Notes under the pieces: generated by a model
The model's database searches: none
What the model was told of the DNA's origin: nothing
Seen by the model: the letters and a program-made list of their open reading frames with translations, nothing else
Shown here: positions 28,401 to 38,558 of the stretch, in pieces
Position numbering within the stretch: position 1 is the first letter of the stretch
How the letters are laid out: each line of letters starts with the position of its first letter
Made by a program: the position numbers and the translations under genes
From: a virus
Taxonomy: Duplodnaviria > Caudoviricetes
Strand: one strand, 5' to 3'
DNA length: 64,000 nt
IMG/VR virus record: IMGVR_UViG_3300033121_001619
Span: 1 to 64,000 of that record

Positions 28401-29372
28401 TCACGTGAGATTCAGACCGGTGGAGTCTCCTCCCCAGGGAATGACGACTTGACCGATCGACATGAATGAATTCGTACCATCGCCCGGGTAACCTTCGCCA
28501 GAGACGACTGACGCACTACCGAACCAGATGTCCTGTAGCGTACCGTGACGTCCTCTGACACCCGTCGTCGTGGAAGCGAATGCTATCGGGAACATGGGCC
28601 ACGTCCCGTCGACCTCATTGGCGATGTTACCGAACGTCACGTCATTGACAGCCATGGCGGTGGTGGTGCCCTCTGACAGGACCTGAAGAGTCGCAGTAGT
28701 TCCGGCGATCTTGGCTCGTCCTAGGGTGGAGAGGTTGCTAGGCGACATCGTAAGACCGGTGGATGAAGCGTATATGAGGCTGAAAGATCCGCTCACCCAC
28801 CCGCTCGTGGAGTTGGTAGGCTTATCGAGGATCCATAGACCGGTCACGCCCCCCGCGGCACACGTTATGACACGCGTGCACTGTCCGTCAGTGCTGACGG
28901 CGACTGAGTAACGATGTTGCGCGTCGCCGCTGTTCGTTCCGAACGACGTGGAGGAGATGAGGGCGATCTCGTCGCCGGCGTACGGTCTATTCGTCAAATT
29001 CCCGCCGGAGAAAGATGCCGAAGGAGAGCAGATGATCGACCAGTTGGGCGTACCGGAGTTCAGGATGTCGAAGCAAATCTCATAGTTGTTTGCAATGCCC
29101 GTTTGCCTGAGGACTATCCACGAGTGAGCAACTCCGGGAGCTCCACCAACGATGTCTGCGTCGGTGACCCACCTGTCGACGCCATCTCCCACGCTTCCCG
29201 TATTGACACCGTTCGACGAATAACGAACGACCCACGGGCTCGACGCCACTCCGCTCAAGGCGTCCTTGATCGTGCGAATGAGTCTCTTTCCATTCGCCAA
29301 GACGGACCCCTGTGCTGCGTTCGTGTTATTCCTGCTGTACTGCCATGTCTTGGATGGTGTGGGTAGCGCCAT
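28401..29372 (-). CDS. putative virion/tail protein
   Basis: S/T/G-rich beta protein in structural module. Confidence 0.7.
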   Translation of the reverse strand: MALPTPSKTWQYSRNNTNAAQGSVLANGKRLIRTIKDALSGVASSPWVVRYSSNGVNTGSVGDGVDRWVTDADIVGGAPGVAHSWIVLRQTGIANNYEICFDILNSGTPNWSIICSPSASFSGGNLTNRPYAGDEIALISSTSFGTNSGDAQHRYSVAVSTDGQCTRVITCAAGGVTGLWILDKPTNSTSGWVSGSFSLIYASSTGLTMSPSNLSTLGRAKIAGTTATLQVLSEGTTTAMAVNDVTFGNIANEVDGTWPMFPIAFASTTTGVRGRHGTLQDIWFGSASVVSGEGYPGDGTNSFMSIGQVVIPWGGDSTGLNLT

Positions 29373-29390
29373 GAATTCCTCAACGACTAC

Positions 29391-31985
29391 TTATAAGGTC
29401 CACTTCAGACTCATGTACCCGGCGTAACACAGGATTTGATCGGTCGATAGTCCACCCGTTCGCTTCAATTGGACCTTGTACGAGTTCGATCCTGTCAAGA
29501 CGTCCGGATCGGCACCTATCGTGAGCGACGACGACAGGATCTCCACGTCGGAGAGACCCGCAGAAGTCCCCGTGATCAGAGAGCTATTGATCTCCACGCC
29601 GCTGTCTTTACTCAAGAGACGTATCGATGCCGTGACTGAAGCCGTCAGTATCTGCAGGGCGACGACGTACGACAATGTCTTAGTCGATCCTGTCAGGTTA
29701 GGCGACTCGTTCCTCGGATCGAAAGGTATGATGCCGATGGTCGTCCACGAATCGCTGGTCGTCGTCTGAAGTCCGGACACTCCGTAGAAGTTTCTCGTCA
29801 TCGGAAGGAGCGTATTCGTGGTCGCCAGTGACGATCCGGACACCGTCAACGAACCTGACACCACGACATCTCCACCGAAGACGGTCTTCCTGGCGCTACT
29901 TCCTGCTAGCCCCACGGTGCCGGACACGAACACGAAGTTGTCAGTCCCCATTTGATAGGACGACGTGATGACGGCGAGGTCGGCGCCAGCGATGACGAAG
30001 TCGCCGGCGAGCTCTAGACCGCCCTGCATCCTGCTCCTGACGGTGGAGTGACCGATGGTGATGTATGACGCTCCCTGGCTGGAAGCTCCGATCTGGATGA
30101 CTCCTGGTGACGATCCGGAGCCGGCGGTGATGGTCACGTTACCATCGGACCCAGTTCCGTGACCGATGCCTGTCCGTATGACGACGTCGCCTCCGGATCC
30201 ATCGGTAAGCTTGCCGTCGCCCGACGTTATGATGACGCTACCTCCGACTTGGCTGTGCGAGCCTGTCGAGTGAGTGCCAGCCGTCACGAGGACGTTCCCG
30301 CCCAACGTCGACGTTTGCTTCACTATCTTGAGATTGCCGGCATTCTCCGACCTGAGGTCGATCGTCGACCCGAGTATCGTGACGTCTCCTCGTGGTCCAA
30401 ACGTGAACGTATTGTTGTTGAAGGATCCGAAACCGGCCTCGATATTGATGTTTCCCGGAGTACCCGCGGCGGCAGTGTCGTTTCTGTCTCCAGCGTTTCC
30501 ACCGTAGATGTTGACGGTACCGCCCGATCCGGCCTTGCCCGCCGAGGCAGCTGACCCGCCAGATCCGGCCGACAACGTCATATCACCGCCGGTGCCTCCG
30601 GCTCCGGCTGTACCCGTCGATGCACTGCCTCCCGATCCAGCAGTCACCGAGACGTATCCGCCGGATCCAGCAGTGCCGTCCTCACAGTCACCACCGTTTG
30701 CTGAGAGGATCTCGACGTATCCGCCGGATCCTCCGTCGGCCACGGATCCCGTGACAGCAACGGAGGATCCTCCTCTAAGTGAGAGACCTCCGCCCGACGC
30801 TCCATAGTCGGTCGGACCAAGATTGATGGTTCCTGTCCCTGGAGACGCCGTCATCCTCAGCTCCGGGCCGGATGAGGACGATGCCAGACCGCGTATCTCC
30901 CTGCCCGTCACGACGAGGACCCCACCGCCGGAAGGAGTCTCTCCCACGGCTGACGCGAAGGGAGGATAGTTCGATCCTATCTTGATCGATCCGCTTGATA
31001 CGACGTCTCCCCCGAAAACTGCCATTCTACCAGAAGAGGAACTGACGTCTCCTACCGTGCCAGAGACGTAGAAGTAGACGTTCGATCCGATCTGATACGA
31101 CGACGTTAGACCAGATAGACCGACGAGAGCCAATGAACCGGTCCCGTATACCGATCCAGCGAGAGAGCTGCCAAAGTAATTCTCGGATCCGCTGCCCCCG
31201 CCGCCCGTCGACGATATTGTGATCTGACCGTTCGACGCGCTAGTGATGGTGACGTTGCTACCGGCGACCATGAACGACGTTCCGTCGGATAGTCTAGTGA
31301 GAGATCCGGAGATGCCCCCGACCGCTGTGATGCTTCCACTGCTCTTCAGTGACCCGCCGAATACCGACGTCGCTCCGGAGGAAGTCGATCCGGACACGAA
31401 GAAGACTACGTCGGTTCCGATCTCGTAGGAGTAACGACCCTCGGGATCGAAGGAGGCCGCGTAATCTGTCTTGGCTCTCTTTGACGGACTGTCCGTCGAC
31501 ACGAAGATGGCGCTTCCTTGACCGAACGTCTTTCTCCACGTGAGAGACGTCGATCCCACCGTGATTGGATCCGACGTGGTGAGGAGGAATCCCCAGCCTC
31601 CGTTCGACGTTCCTGTCTCGACGGCCACGGCGGCCATCGACGATAGCATCCCTTGGACGGCATCGTCCGATCTCGTCATGGAATACGACGACACCAGGCT
31701 GTTCCACACGTAGTCGTAGATGCCATTGTCAATCGACGACGATTGACCAAATAGAAGGACTCTGACCGACTCAGACGTCGAGAGGCTCACTCCGTCGACC
31801 GTGAGAGATACTCCGCCTGACAACGGCACGTGCGTCGTCGAAGCGACTACGACTGAATCCTTCCAGTCGAGCCGAAGTATGTCCTCCGTCGTCGCCACGG
31901 ATCCCATGACTGTCTCGATCCGAGGCGTAGGCCTCGTGTACGAGTAGACCTTGCGGTACCGCTGCGCGTCTCTTGTTCTAGTCAT
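29391..31985 (-). CDS. tail fibre-like protein
   Basis: WKDSVVVAST...VDGV...RVLL..Q..NGIY N-terminal domain; Gly-rich GG.V.I.AG repeats. Confidence 0.75.
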   Translation of the reverse strand: MTRTRDAQRYRKVYSYTRPTPRIETVMGSVATTEDILRLDWKDSVVVASTTHVPLSGGVSLTVDGVSLSTSESVRVLLFGQSSSIDNGIYDYVWNSLVSSYSMTRSDDAVQGMLSSMAAVAVETGTSNGGWGFLLTTSDPITVGSTSLTWRKTFGQGSAIFVSTDSPSKRAKTDYAASFDPEGRYSYEIGTDVVFFVSGSTSSGATSVFGGSLKSSGSITAVGGISGSLTRLSDGTSFMVAGSNVTITSASNGQITISSTGGGGSGSENYFGSSLAGSVYGTGSLALVGLSGLTSSYQIGSNVYFYVSGTVGDVSSSSGRMAVFGGDVVSSGSIKIGSNYPPFASAVGETPSGGGVLVVTGREIRGLASSSSGPELRMTASPGTGTINLGPTDYGASGGGLSLRGGSSVAVTGSVADGGSGGYVEILSANGGDCEDGTAGSGGYVSVTAGSGGSASTGTAGAGGTGGDMTLSAGSGGSAASAGKAGSGGTVNIYGGNAGDRNDTAAAGTPGNINIEAGFGSFNNNTFTFGPRGDVTILGSTIDLRSENAGNLKIVKQTSTLGGNVLVTAGTHSTGSHSQVGGSVIITSGDGKLTDGSGGDVVIRTGIGHGTGSDGNVTITAGSGSSPGVIQIGASSQGASYITIGHSTVRSRMQGGLELAGDFVIAGADLAVITSSYQMGTDNFVFVSGTVGLAGSSARKTVFGGDVVVSGSLTVSGSSLATTNTLLPMTRNFYGVSGLQTTTSDSWTTIGIIPFDPRNESPNLTGSTKTLSYVVALQILTASVTASIRLLSKDSGVEINSSLITGTSAGLSDVEILSSSLTIGADPDVLTGSNSYKVQLKRTGGLSTDQILCYAGYMSLKWTL

Positions 31986-32070
31986 GGATCGATCTATTCC
32001 TCTTGAACGTCCGGATGGACACCGCATCTAAATAGAGGGTGAGGTCACGTCACCTCAGGAGGTATCTAGA

Positions 32071-32778
32071 ATGAAGAGGCTGTTTGCACTCGTCACGTCG
32101 ATCATTGTCCTCGTCGCATGCGAGAAAAATGAGAGACCGCATCGTCCCATGGGAGAATCGGAGACGTGCGTCTCCGATTGTGGTGGTCAGGGTGGAGGTG
32201 GATCGGGAGGCGCCGATGGCTCTGGTGGGGGTTCCGGGGGAGATGCGGGCGGAGGGGGTGGTGTCAGTGCGGTCGGTTCTTCGGCCCCGGTGACGAAGTT
32301 AGACATGACTGATGCCATCACCGTCTTTCGAGGTCGTCATTTCTTCCTGAGCAACTTCTATCCAGCGTCTCTCTGGATGGATGGTGTTCAATACAAGACG
32401 GCTGAGCACGCTTATCAGGCGTCCAAAGCCGACAACGTCGAAGCGCGTGATGTCATCAGGAACGCATCGAGTCCTGCCGAGGCCAAGCGCCTCGGCAGGT
32501 GCGTCAAACTTCCCGCAGATTGGGATCAACGTCGTCTGTCCGTCATGAGGAACGTCATCGAAGCGAAATTCGACAATCCGTTCTTGTCCGAACTTCTTCG
32601 ACAGACGGGCGATGCTGACCTGATCCACGAGAACACGTGGAACGACAGATTCTTCGGCGTGTGCCGTGGATCGGGAGAGAATTGGCTAGGTCGCCTATTG
32701 ATGGAGACGCGAGATCGTCAGACGAGAGTGACGAACGTGTTACCATCGACTCATGAAGAGAGTCCGGATCACGACTAG
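32071..32778 (+). CDS. NADAR (YbiA/DUF1768) hydrolase fused to a lipoprotein signal and Gly-rich linker
   Basis: LSNFY, EHAYQASK, AKRLGR, KF, ENTWNDRFFG, GENWLGRLLM; N-terminal LVAC lipobox. Confidence 0.85.
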   Translation: MKRLFALVTSIIVLVACEKNERPHRPMGESETCVSDCGGQGGGGSGGADGSGGGSGGDAGGGGGVSAVGSSAPVTKLDMTDAITVFRGRHFFLSNFYPASLWMDGVQYKTAEHAYQASKADNVEARDVIRNASSPAEAKRLGRCVKLPADWDQRRLSVMRNVIEAKFDNPFLSELLRQTGDADLIHENTWNDRFFGVCRGSGENWLGRLLMETRDRQTRVTNVLPSTHEESPDHD

Positions 32779-33241
32779 AAAAGGTCATAAGAATCCATGG
32801 AGTTTCGTCGTTTACGATTCCGTGGAGTCTGCTTTTTGCTTGAGAGAGACGCCCCCGAGCGAGAGCGAGGAGATGGGTTACTCGAAGACGATAGAAGCGT
32901 CACGTGGCGACATCCTCGAAGTCGAGTGGATGGGAGCGGAATGGTTGAGTCCCAGGGACCTCGGAGGTCCGGACGAGACTAACGTGGCTCCCGCGAGATA
33001 CGACCTGGTGCGAGTCGCGCACGCTAAATCCGACGTGATCGATGAACGTCGACAGCCGAAGTACGTCGAGATATACTCTGGCTGGATATCGGGAGATGCC
33101 TTGATTTGGGTCAACGGTGCCACCCAGAATGGTGCCAAAATAACTCGTATCCTCACGGAGGACGAATCATCATTCGACTTTTCTGTGCTTTTCTCCGATG
33201 ACGCAGGAAGACCGGTCTCGGACGGTCAAGACACGAACTAG
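32753..33241 (+). CDS. hypothetical protein
   Basis: 162-aa ORF following NADAR. Confidence 0.55.
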   Translation: MKRVRITTRKGHKNPWSFVVYDSVESAFCLRETPPSESEEMGYSKTIEASRGDILEVEWMGAEWLSPRDLGGPDETNVAPARYDLVRVAHAKSDVIDERRQPKYVEIYSGWISGDALIWVNGATQNGAKITRILTEDESSFDFSVLFSDDAGRPVSDGQDTN

Positions 33242-35650
33242 TCGTAAGCGATTTCTTGCCTTGCCGTCGAAATATGGCATGGAAGAAGTGGCCTCGGTGC
33301 TGACGTTACAAGAGTCAGTGGACGTCGGACTCACTGACTCCACGTAGATGTGTCCTATCCCACGATCGTCCTTCGTGTAAGTCCTACGAACGAACTGGAC
33401 GTTCACGGGTGACGAACCGACGTCCTTCACCGACTTGATCACGGGATTGTCGACGGTCGTCGTCCGAGTACGAATGGCGTCTCGTGAAAACACCTCGTTG
33501 CCGACGATCGTCGATTCCACGTTGATGAACTTCGTGTACTGACGCTGTTCGAGCATGTCGCGGAAGTGTCCGAAGTGATCACGTCTGAATACTGCGCGCG
33601 TGTGATGAGGAAGTCCGCTCACGAGCCCGTGCTTCCATCCCCTGATGATGGGTGCCACTCCGTAGTGGTGCGATCGATACAATTCAGAAGATCCTGACGT
33701 CTGAGGCGTGTAGGACCCATACGTCGGGTTGAATCTCGTGTCCACGATGCGAGTCCTGAACGTCGGATAGTTGTTCCCTCCTATCCTAGAAGTCCTGTCG
33801 ATATCGAACGACGCAGACGTGTATTGGACTATCTCGACGTCGTCGATGGCAGCCAACGATCCCGTCGGAGAAGACGTCGATGATCCTAGCCTGAAATCGA
33901 ACGTCACGCGATACTCGCCAGGATCGTATGGATAAGGGTGGGGAACTGACGAGGCACCCACATAGGGATTCTTTCCAACGCCTGACACTCGCGTGTCGTA
34001 TTGAGACATGGTCACGTAAGTGTCGCCCAATACCACCTCGATCGATTGGATCGAGTCGACGCCACTCGAAGATGCCTCACCGCTTGGGCGTCCAGGAAGA
34101 CCGGAGAAAAACACGTACAGACCTGACGTCGGTGAACCCACGACGGCTCTTTTGTATCTCAAGATCCACGGATAAGACGACGTCACGTCCATCACGCAGA
34201 TGGACGACGACGTAGCGTCACCTCCGAAAGTCGCGATGGTGTCGGAGACCAGTACCCAGCTATTCGATGGAGACGAGGACGACACCCAGTAGACGCCGGG
34301 AGCCTTGACGCTCGACCCGGATATCGTGTTGTAGGTGACGGATGATCCGCTACCGAAGTAATTGGTGGAGTCGAGATACGTCGACGTCCTGCACGCTGCC
34401 CTCCATGGATTTTGACCCACGTTGGGGGACATCGACCAGCTGACTTCCAGCCAAGACGACGCCAACGTATCGCCGAAATATGAGGCACTTTGCACCATGT
34501 GATACGACGCCGACGAGGCAGTCTCATTCACGGTGAAGCTTTGCGTGTATGCCGTCACACCTGCGGAATCGTCGAACAAGTACCTGTCGTGACAGACCGT
34601 GTTGAGATCTCCGAATCCATACAGGAACTTGAACAAGTCGACATCCGTCATTGATCCCGTGATCTTTTCCGATCCGACGTCGGAGAAGCCCAGGTCGACG
34701 AGGTAACCGTGACTATTCAACCTGTCTAGCCTGACGTCGGCGGGCACGACGTTGCCGTGCGTGACATCGTCATCGAAACGTGACGATGTCAAGTTTCGAG
34801 GCTTGTGAAGAGTCAGCATCACGGCCTCTCCGCTCGATCCTGTCGCAGAGTACGTGGATCGATATCCATTGCTTCCGGTGCCGAGGAGGTCGTAGGGAAT
34901 CCTTCCAGGCAGGATGGGAATTAGGCCTTTGGTCGGACGGGGCTTCTTGGACAGGATTGGTGATTCCACGCCATCGACGCTAACGTTTGCTTGAATGACG
35001 GTCGTTGCATTGAACGTCATGTTGGCTAGACGATTGACGGAGGAGTAACGAGCCTCGAAGGGATACGACCACGTCCACGTGTCGTCGTTCAGCGGATCGA
35101 TGTCAAAACCTTCTCCTGACCGGTCCCTTTGGGATCCGTTGAAGGTGACGAAAGCGACATTCCCTGTGACGACGTTGCGAAACGGGCTGAGGAAGGTGTT
35201 GGAAGCGTTGGACGGCGTCCACAAGTGTCGTCCTTGTGATTTGAGACAGTCCTTGTAGTCGGGGACGCAAGAGTCGTAGTACCTCTCGGTCTCATCAAAA
35301 CACTGAACGTTCCTGTAGTTCGTGTGCGACACCCTCTCGTCCCACGGGACTAGACGATATGACAGGTGTGGAACCTGCGTAACGTCAGACGATCCATACG
35401 TGTCGTCGAGAATGGGCGCAGTCGAAGAGTAATACTTGCTGAAAGCTCTCCCACGACTCGGCACCGACGTCGAGAATATGGGTCTCTTACTGCCGACTTT
35501 GAACGACGGCAAGACGACGAGCATCGTCCCAGTGACGTGGTCGTCAATCATCTTCCCGTAGAACGAGGCGTCGTAGTCGACGTCGTACTGATCAAGGACT
35601 GGATCGTCTCCAATGACGTCCTTGACGACTTCGGTGAAAATTGGCGTCAA
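33170..35650 (-). CDS. virion structural protein (tail/baseplate associated)
   Basis: 826 aa, S/T/G-rich, FRRDHFGHFRDMLEQR; coupled operon. Confidence 0.7.
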   Translation of the reverse strand: MTPIFTEVVKDVIGDDPVLDQYDVDYDASFYGKMIDDHVTGTMLVVLPSFKVGSKRPIFSTSVPSRGRAFSKYYSSTAPILDDTYGSSDVTQVPHLSYRLVPWDERVSHTNYRNVQCFDETERYYDSCVPDYKDCLKSQGRHLWTPSNASNTFLSPFRNVVTGNVAFVTFNGSQRDRSGEGFDIDPLNDDTWTWSYPFEARYSSVNRLANMTFNATTVIQANVSVDGVESPILSKKPRPTKGLIPILPGRIPYDLLGTGSNGYRSTYSATGSSGEAVMLTLHKPRNLTSSRFDDDVTHGNVVPADVRLDRLNSHGYLVDLGFSDVGSEKITGSMTDVDLFKFLYGFGDLNTVCHDRYLFDDSAGVTAYTQSFTVNETASSASYHMVQSASYFGDTLASSWLEVSWSMSPNVGQNPWRAACRTSTYLDSTNYFGSGSSVTYNTISGSSVKAPGVYWVSSSSPSNSWVLVSDTIATFGGDATSSSICVMDVTSSYPWILRYKRAVVGSPTSGLYVFFSGLPGRPSGEASSSGVDSIQSIEVVLGDTYVTMSQYDTRVSGVGKNPYVGASSVPHPYPYDPGEYRVTFDFRLGSSTSSPTGSLAAIDDVEIVQYTSASFDIDRTSRIGGNNYPTFRTRIVDTRFNPTYGSYTPQTSGSSELYRSHHYGVAPIIRGWKHGLVSGLPHHTRAVFRRDHFGHFRDMLEQRQYTKFINVESTIVGNEVFSRDAIRTRTTTVDNPVIKSVKDVGSSPVNVQFVRRTYTKDDRGIGHIYVESVSPTSTDSCNVSTEATSSMPYFDGKARNRLRLVRVLTVRDRSSCVIGEKHRKVE

Positions 35651-37338
35651 GATCGAGCCCTCCTGCCGAATTGTACGTACGATCCATACAGCGTCATGTT
35701 GATTGTGCCCGAAGTCAGCGAGACGTCGTGACCGGTCGACCCGGTCGCATAGACTATCGAATGGGTGTAGTTTCGTCCAACGTCTACGTCTGATGACGTC
35801 GGGACGTTATGGCCGCTGGCCGATACCGCCGGTCGGGTCTTCGTTACAGCGAGGACGAATCTATCGCCTGGCTTCGCGAGATACGGCGACTGTTTCGTGG
35901 CCGTGTGGGCGAAGTCAGTCAAGAAGTAGTAGTTAACCAGCGTCCGATTTGGATAAGACGACGTGAACACGGAGAGCTCGGAAGCCAGAGACGAAGAGAT
36001 GGTCGCGTACGCCGTCGCTTTCTCGGAGACGTCAGGTGTATAGTACGGATTCTTGATGTAATTCTGTCCGCCGAAGGCAGCCGGAGTCTCGTATTCTCCT
36101 CCGAATATGCTAGCACCGCTCGGGGAGAAACCCGTCATGCCTCTCCCATAGGGATCTATTCCACTGTACAGCCACTGTAGGGCTTCGAACGTCTTGGGTT
36201 GAGGAATCTTGTCGTTCGACAGGAGGCCGTCGACGTAAGTCAGGAAGTCAGTCGGCGTGAAGATCGAGTCACGATTTCCTGACGTACCTGACGTGTACGA
36301 CCCAGTGATCGAAAGGATTCTGACGAAAGCTCCCAGAGCACCATTCGTCGACGCAACCTCCATGGGAACGACCACGGACCCGGTCATCGTCGTCGTCGAT
36401 CCAACGTGAGTCGACGGAGTCATTCCCTCCCACGAGACTTCCTTCGATTTGACGTTATCGGGCCAGAGGACGGCGGGAATGTCTCTGACGACTAGTCTGT
36501 GCGTCGTGTCGTCAGAATGCGTGACGGTACCCGATGACACCAGGTCTCTGATCGAGGACGTGCCATACGATTTTTGACAAAATAGCGCGAACGTCAGACC
36601 AGGACCGCCAGAGTCGACGTAGACACCGGGAGAGCTAGCTGTCGTGTAATTGAACGTTCCCGTCGTCGCAGAATATCTAATCAACGTACGATCGTTGAAC
36701 CATCCAGCACCGGCCGCGATGGGTACTTCGAGTACGACCTTCTCGATCAAGAAGGGAGCGTCGATGTTCAACGAGAATTTCTCGTCGGACGATGCTTCGT
36801 AGAGAGACGAGCGCTGGATGGAATTGGGATAGTCGTCGGAAGCAGCCTCGAGGGCGATCGCCAGAGTCTTGCTGGGAGCCGATATGGCTCTGATGGTCTG
36901 ATTCCATCGATCGACTGACGATGTGATCACCTGCCTGATTATCTCTGAGCTGCCCGACGCCAGGGCACGACCTCGCGGATCGAATCCCTTGTAGTCCTCA
37001 GGATAGACGGTGCCGGGGGTGCACTGTTGTCCGGTAGAACCGTACGTCTTTATCGACGTCGTGTCCATCGCGTACTTGTCGAAAGGACCAACGTGATCTC
37101 CTACGGACCTCGTCGGGATGTTCCACTCTCCTCGTCCGAAGTGGAAGTAGTATATGCTACTCGACGTCGGTAGCATTCGAACGGGTCTCTTCACGGAAAA
37201 CGAGACGCGTATCTGTTCTTTGTTGACCAGACTTGACGCGAAGGTACCGGGTTCGTACCCTAGACTGGGACTCGATCCTGTCAGATAGAAGCTGCCAGTT
37301 TGACCCTGCTCGAATCGTGCGCTCTCGACGAACGTCAT
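35647..37338 (-). CDS. virion structural protein
   Basis: 563 aa; FLIEKVVLEVP, SPYL motifs; coupled operon. Confidence 0.7.
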   Translation of the reverse strand: MTFVESARFEQGQTGSFYLTGSSPSLGYEPGTFASSLVNKEQIRVSFSVKRPVRMLPTSSSIYYFHFGRGEWNIPTRSVGDHVGPFDKYAMDTTSIKTYGSTGQQCTPGTVYPEDYKGFDPRGRALASGSSEIIRQVITSSVDRWNQTIRAISAPSKTLAIALEAASDDYPNSIQRSSLYEASSDEKFSLNIDAPFLIEKVVLEVPIAAGAGWFNDRTLIRYSATTGTFNYTTASSPGVYVDSGGPGLTFALFCQKSYGTSSIRDLVSSGTVTHSDDTTHRLVVRDIPAVLWPDNVKSKEVSWEGMTPSTHVGSTTTMTGSVVVPMEVASTNGALGAFVRILSITGSYTSGTSGNRDSIFTPTDFLTYVDGLLSNDKIPQPKTFEALQWLYSGIDPYGRGMTGFSPSGASIFGGEYETPAAFGGQNYIKNPYYTPDVSEKATAYATISSSLASELSVFTSSYPNRTLVNYYFLTDFAHTATKQSPYLAKPGDRFVLAVTKTRPAVSASGHNVPTSSDVDVGRNYTHSIVYATGSTGHDVSLTSGTINMTLYGSYVQFGRRARS

Positions 37339-38558
37339 CTGTCATTCCTCGCGTCGACGACAATCTGATCGTACATGCCTGGTGTCACCGATCTCTCGAC
37401 GCGAATGCTGCCTGACGTGAATAGACCGGTACTGAATCCTTCATCTGACACTCCGTAACCTCTCTGCGTCAGGAGTGACACGGGCATCATCGAAGGATAT
37501 TCGACTTGACACTCGACGAAAGGTACAGTCCTCCTGTCGTCGAATAGACCGGGAGAAGATATCACTCTTGTATTTGCGTCTCTTCGTGAGACATCCGTGC
37601 GACTAGTCATTCGTCGTCGCGCAGGAGGTGCGAATACGAATGACGCACCGAACGTCGTCTGGCCAGGCCAGTGACGAGAGACGTCCAGCGACACGCCATA
37701 CGCGACCGGTGTCGAGTATGATCCCAGGTCGATGTCTGAATAGCCTGCGTCATGGATGCAACCTCCGTTGACGTCGATGTTCCGCGTGTCGTCATTTCTA
37801 CGGAGGTGTATCGAAAAGTCCCTGAATCGATTCAGACCGTGACTGAAGACGCCGACGGTGGCGCCAACGGTCGCCGGCTCCGGAGCCTTCACGATCTTCG
37901 GAGCGTAACCGAATCGTATGACTCCGTTCTCCCTCAGCGTGACGTCGAAATAGACGATGTTGTAAGGAGACGTGTAGTTAGCAAACGATTTCCAGCGAAT
38001 CAGCAGGAATTTTCCGAAGGCATCGACTCCCTGACAATACTTGACCCCTGCGCCCGAGGAGTCTATCCCGGGAGGAACTTCGTACTTACCGAATTCCGAT
38101 AGCACTAGGACTGATGCGGGATAACCGACCGTCGAGGCGTATGTGTCTGCTCCGGAATCTCGCAAAGTAGCGTACACATTTCGAAGATCGTCGAACCATG
38201 GTGCGATGACGACGTGGTCCTCTGAGAACGAAGACGAGATGTCGTCGTTGGCGTACGTGACGCCAGTGGTCAGAACGTGCGAATTGATGTTGACGTGGGA
38301 TCCTGTGTAGTCGGGTGATATCAACACGCACCAGCCGTTCGTGTTGACATACACCCTGTTGTGCGTCTTTCCGTCGAACGTGAAGGGAAAGCCGATCGAC
38401 ACTTCAGCGTCTGAGTCGTCAATGCCGGGATATCCGGCATTGCCAGGAATCGATAGCAGTGACGATTCTGGGACGGAATGCAGTCCTTCTCCTGGACCGG
38501 CTCGATACGACAGGACGTAGTCCTCTAGACTTCTTGATGGAGGTGATCGATCACTCAA
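37335..38558 (-). CDS. virion protein with nidogen/NIDO-like beta domain
   Basis: IGFPFTFDG...VYVNTNG...IAPWFDDL...FDVTL.ENGVIRFGY. Confidence 0.65.
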   Translation of the reverse strand: MSDRSPPSRSLEDYVLSYRAGPGEGLHSVPESSLLSIPGNAGYPGIDDSDAEVSIGFPFTFDGKTHNRVYVNTNGWCVLISPDYTGSHVNINSHVLTTGVTYANDDISSSFSEDHVVIAPWFDDLRNVYATLRDSGADTYASTVGYPASVLVLSEFGKYEVPPGIDSSGAGVKYCQGVDAFGKFLLIRWKSFANYTSPYNIVYFDVTLRENGVIRFGYAPKIVKAPEPATVGATVGVFSHGLNRFRDFSIHLRRNDDTRNIDVNGGCIHDAGYSDIDLGSYSTPVAYGVSLDVSRHWPGQTTFGASFVFAPPARRRMTSRTDVSRRDANTRVISSPGLFDDRRTVPFVECQVEYPSMMPVSLLTQRGYGVSDEGFSTGLFTSGSIRVERSVTPGMYDQIVVDARNDR

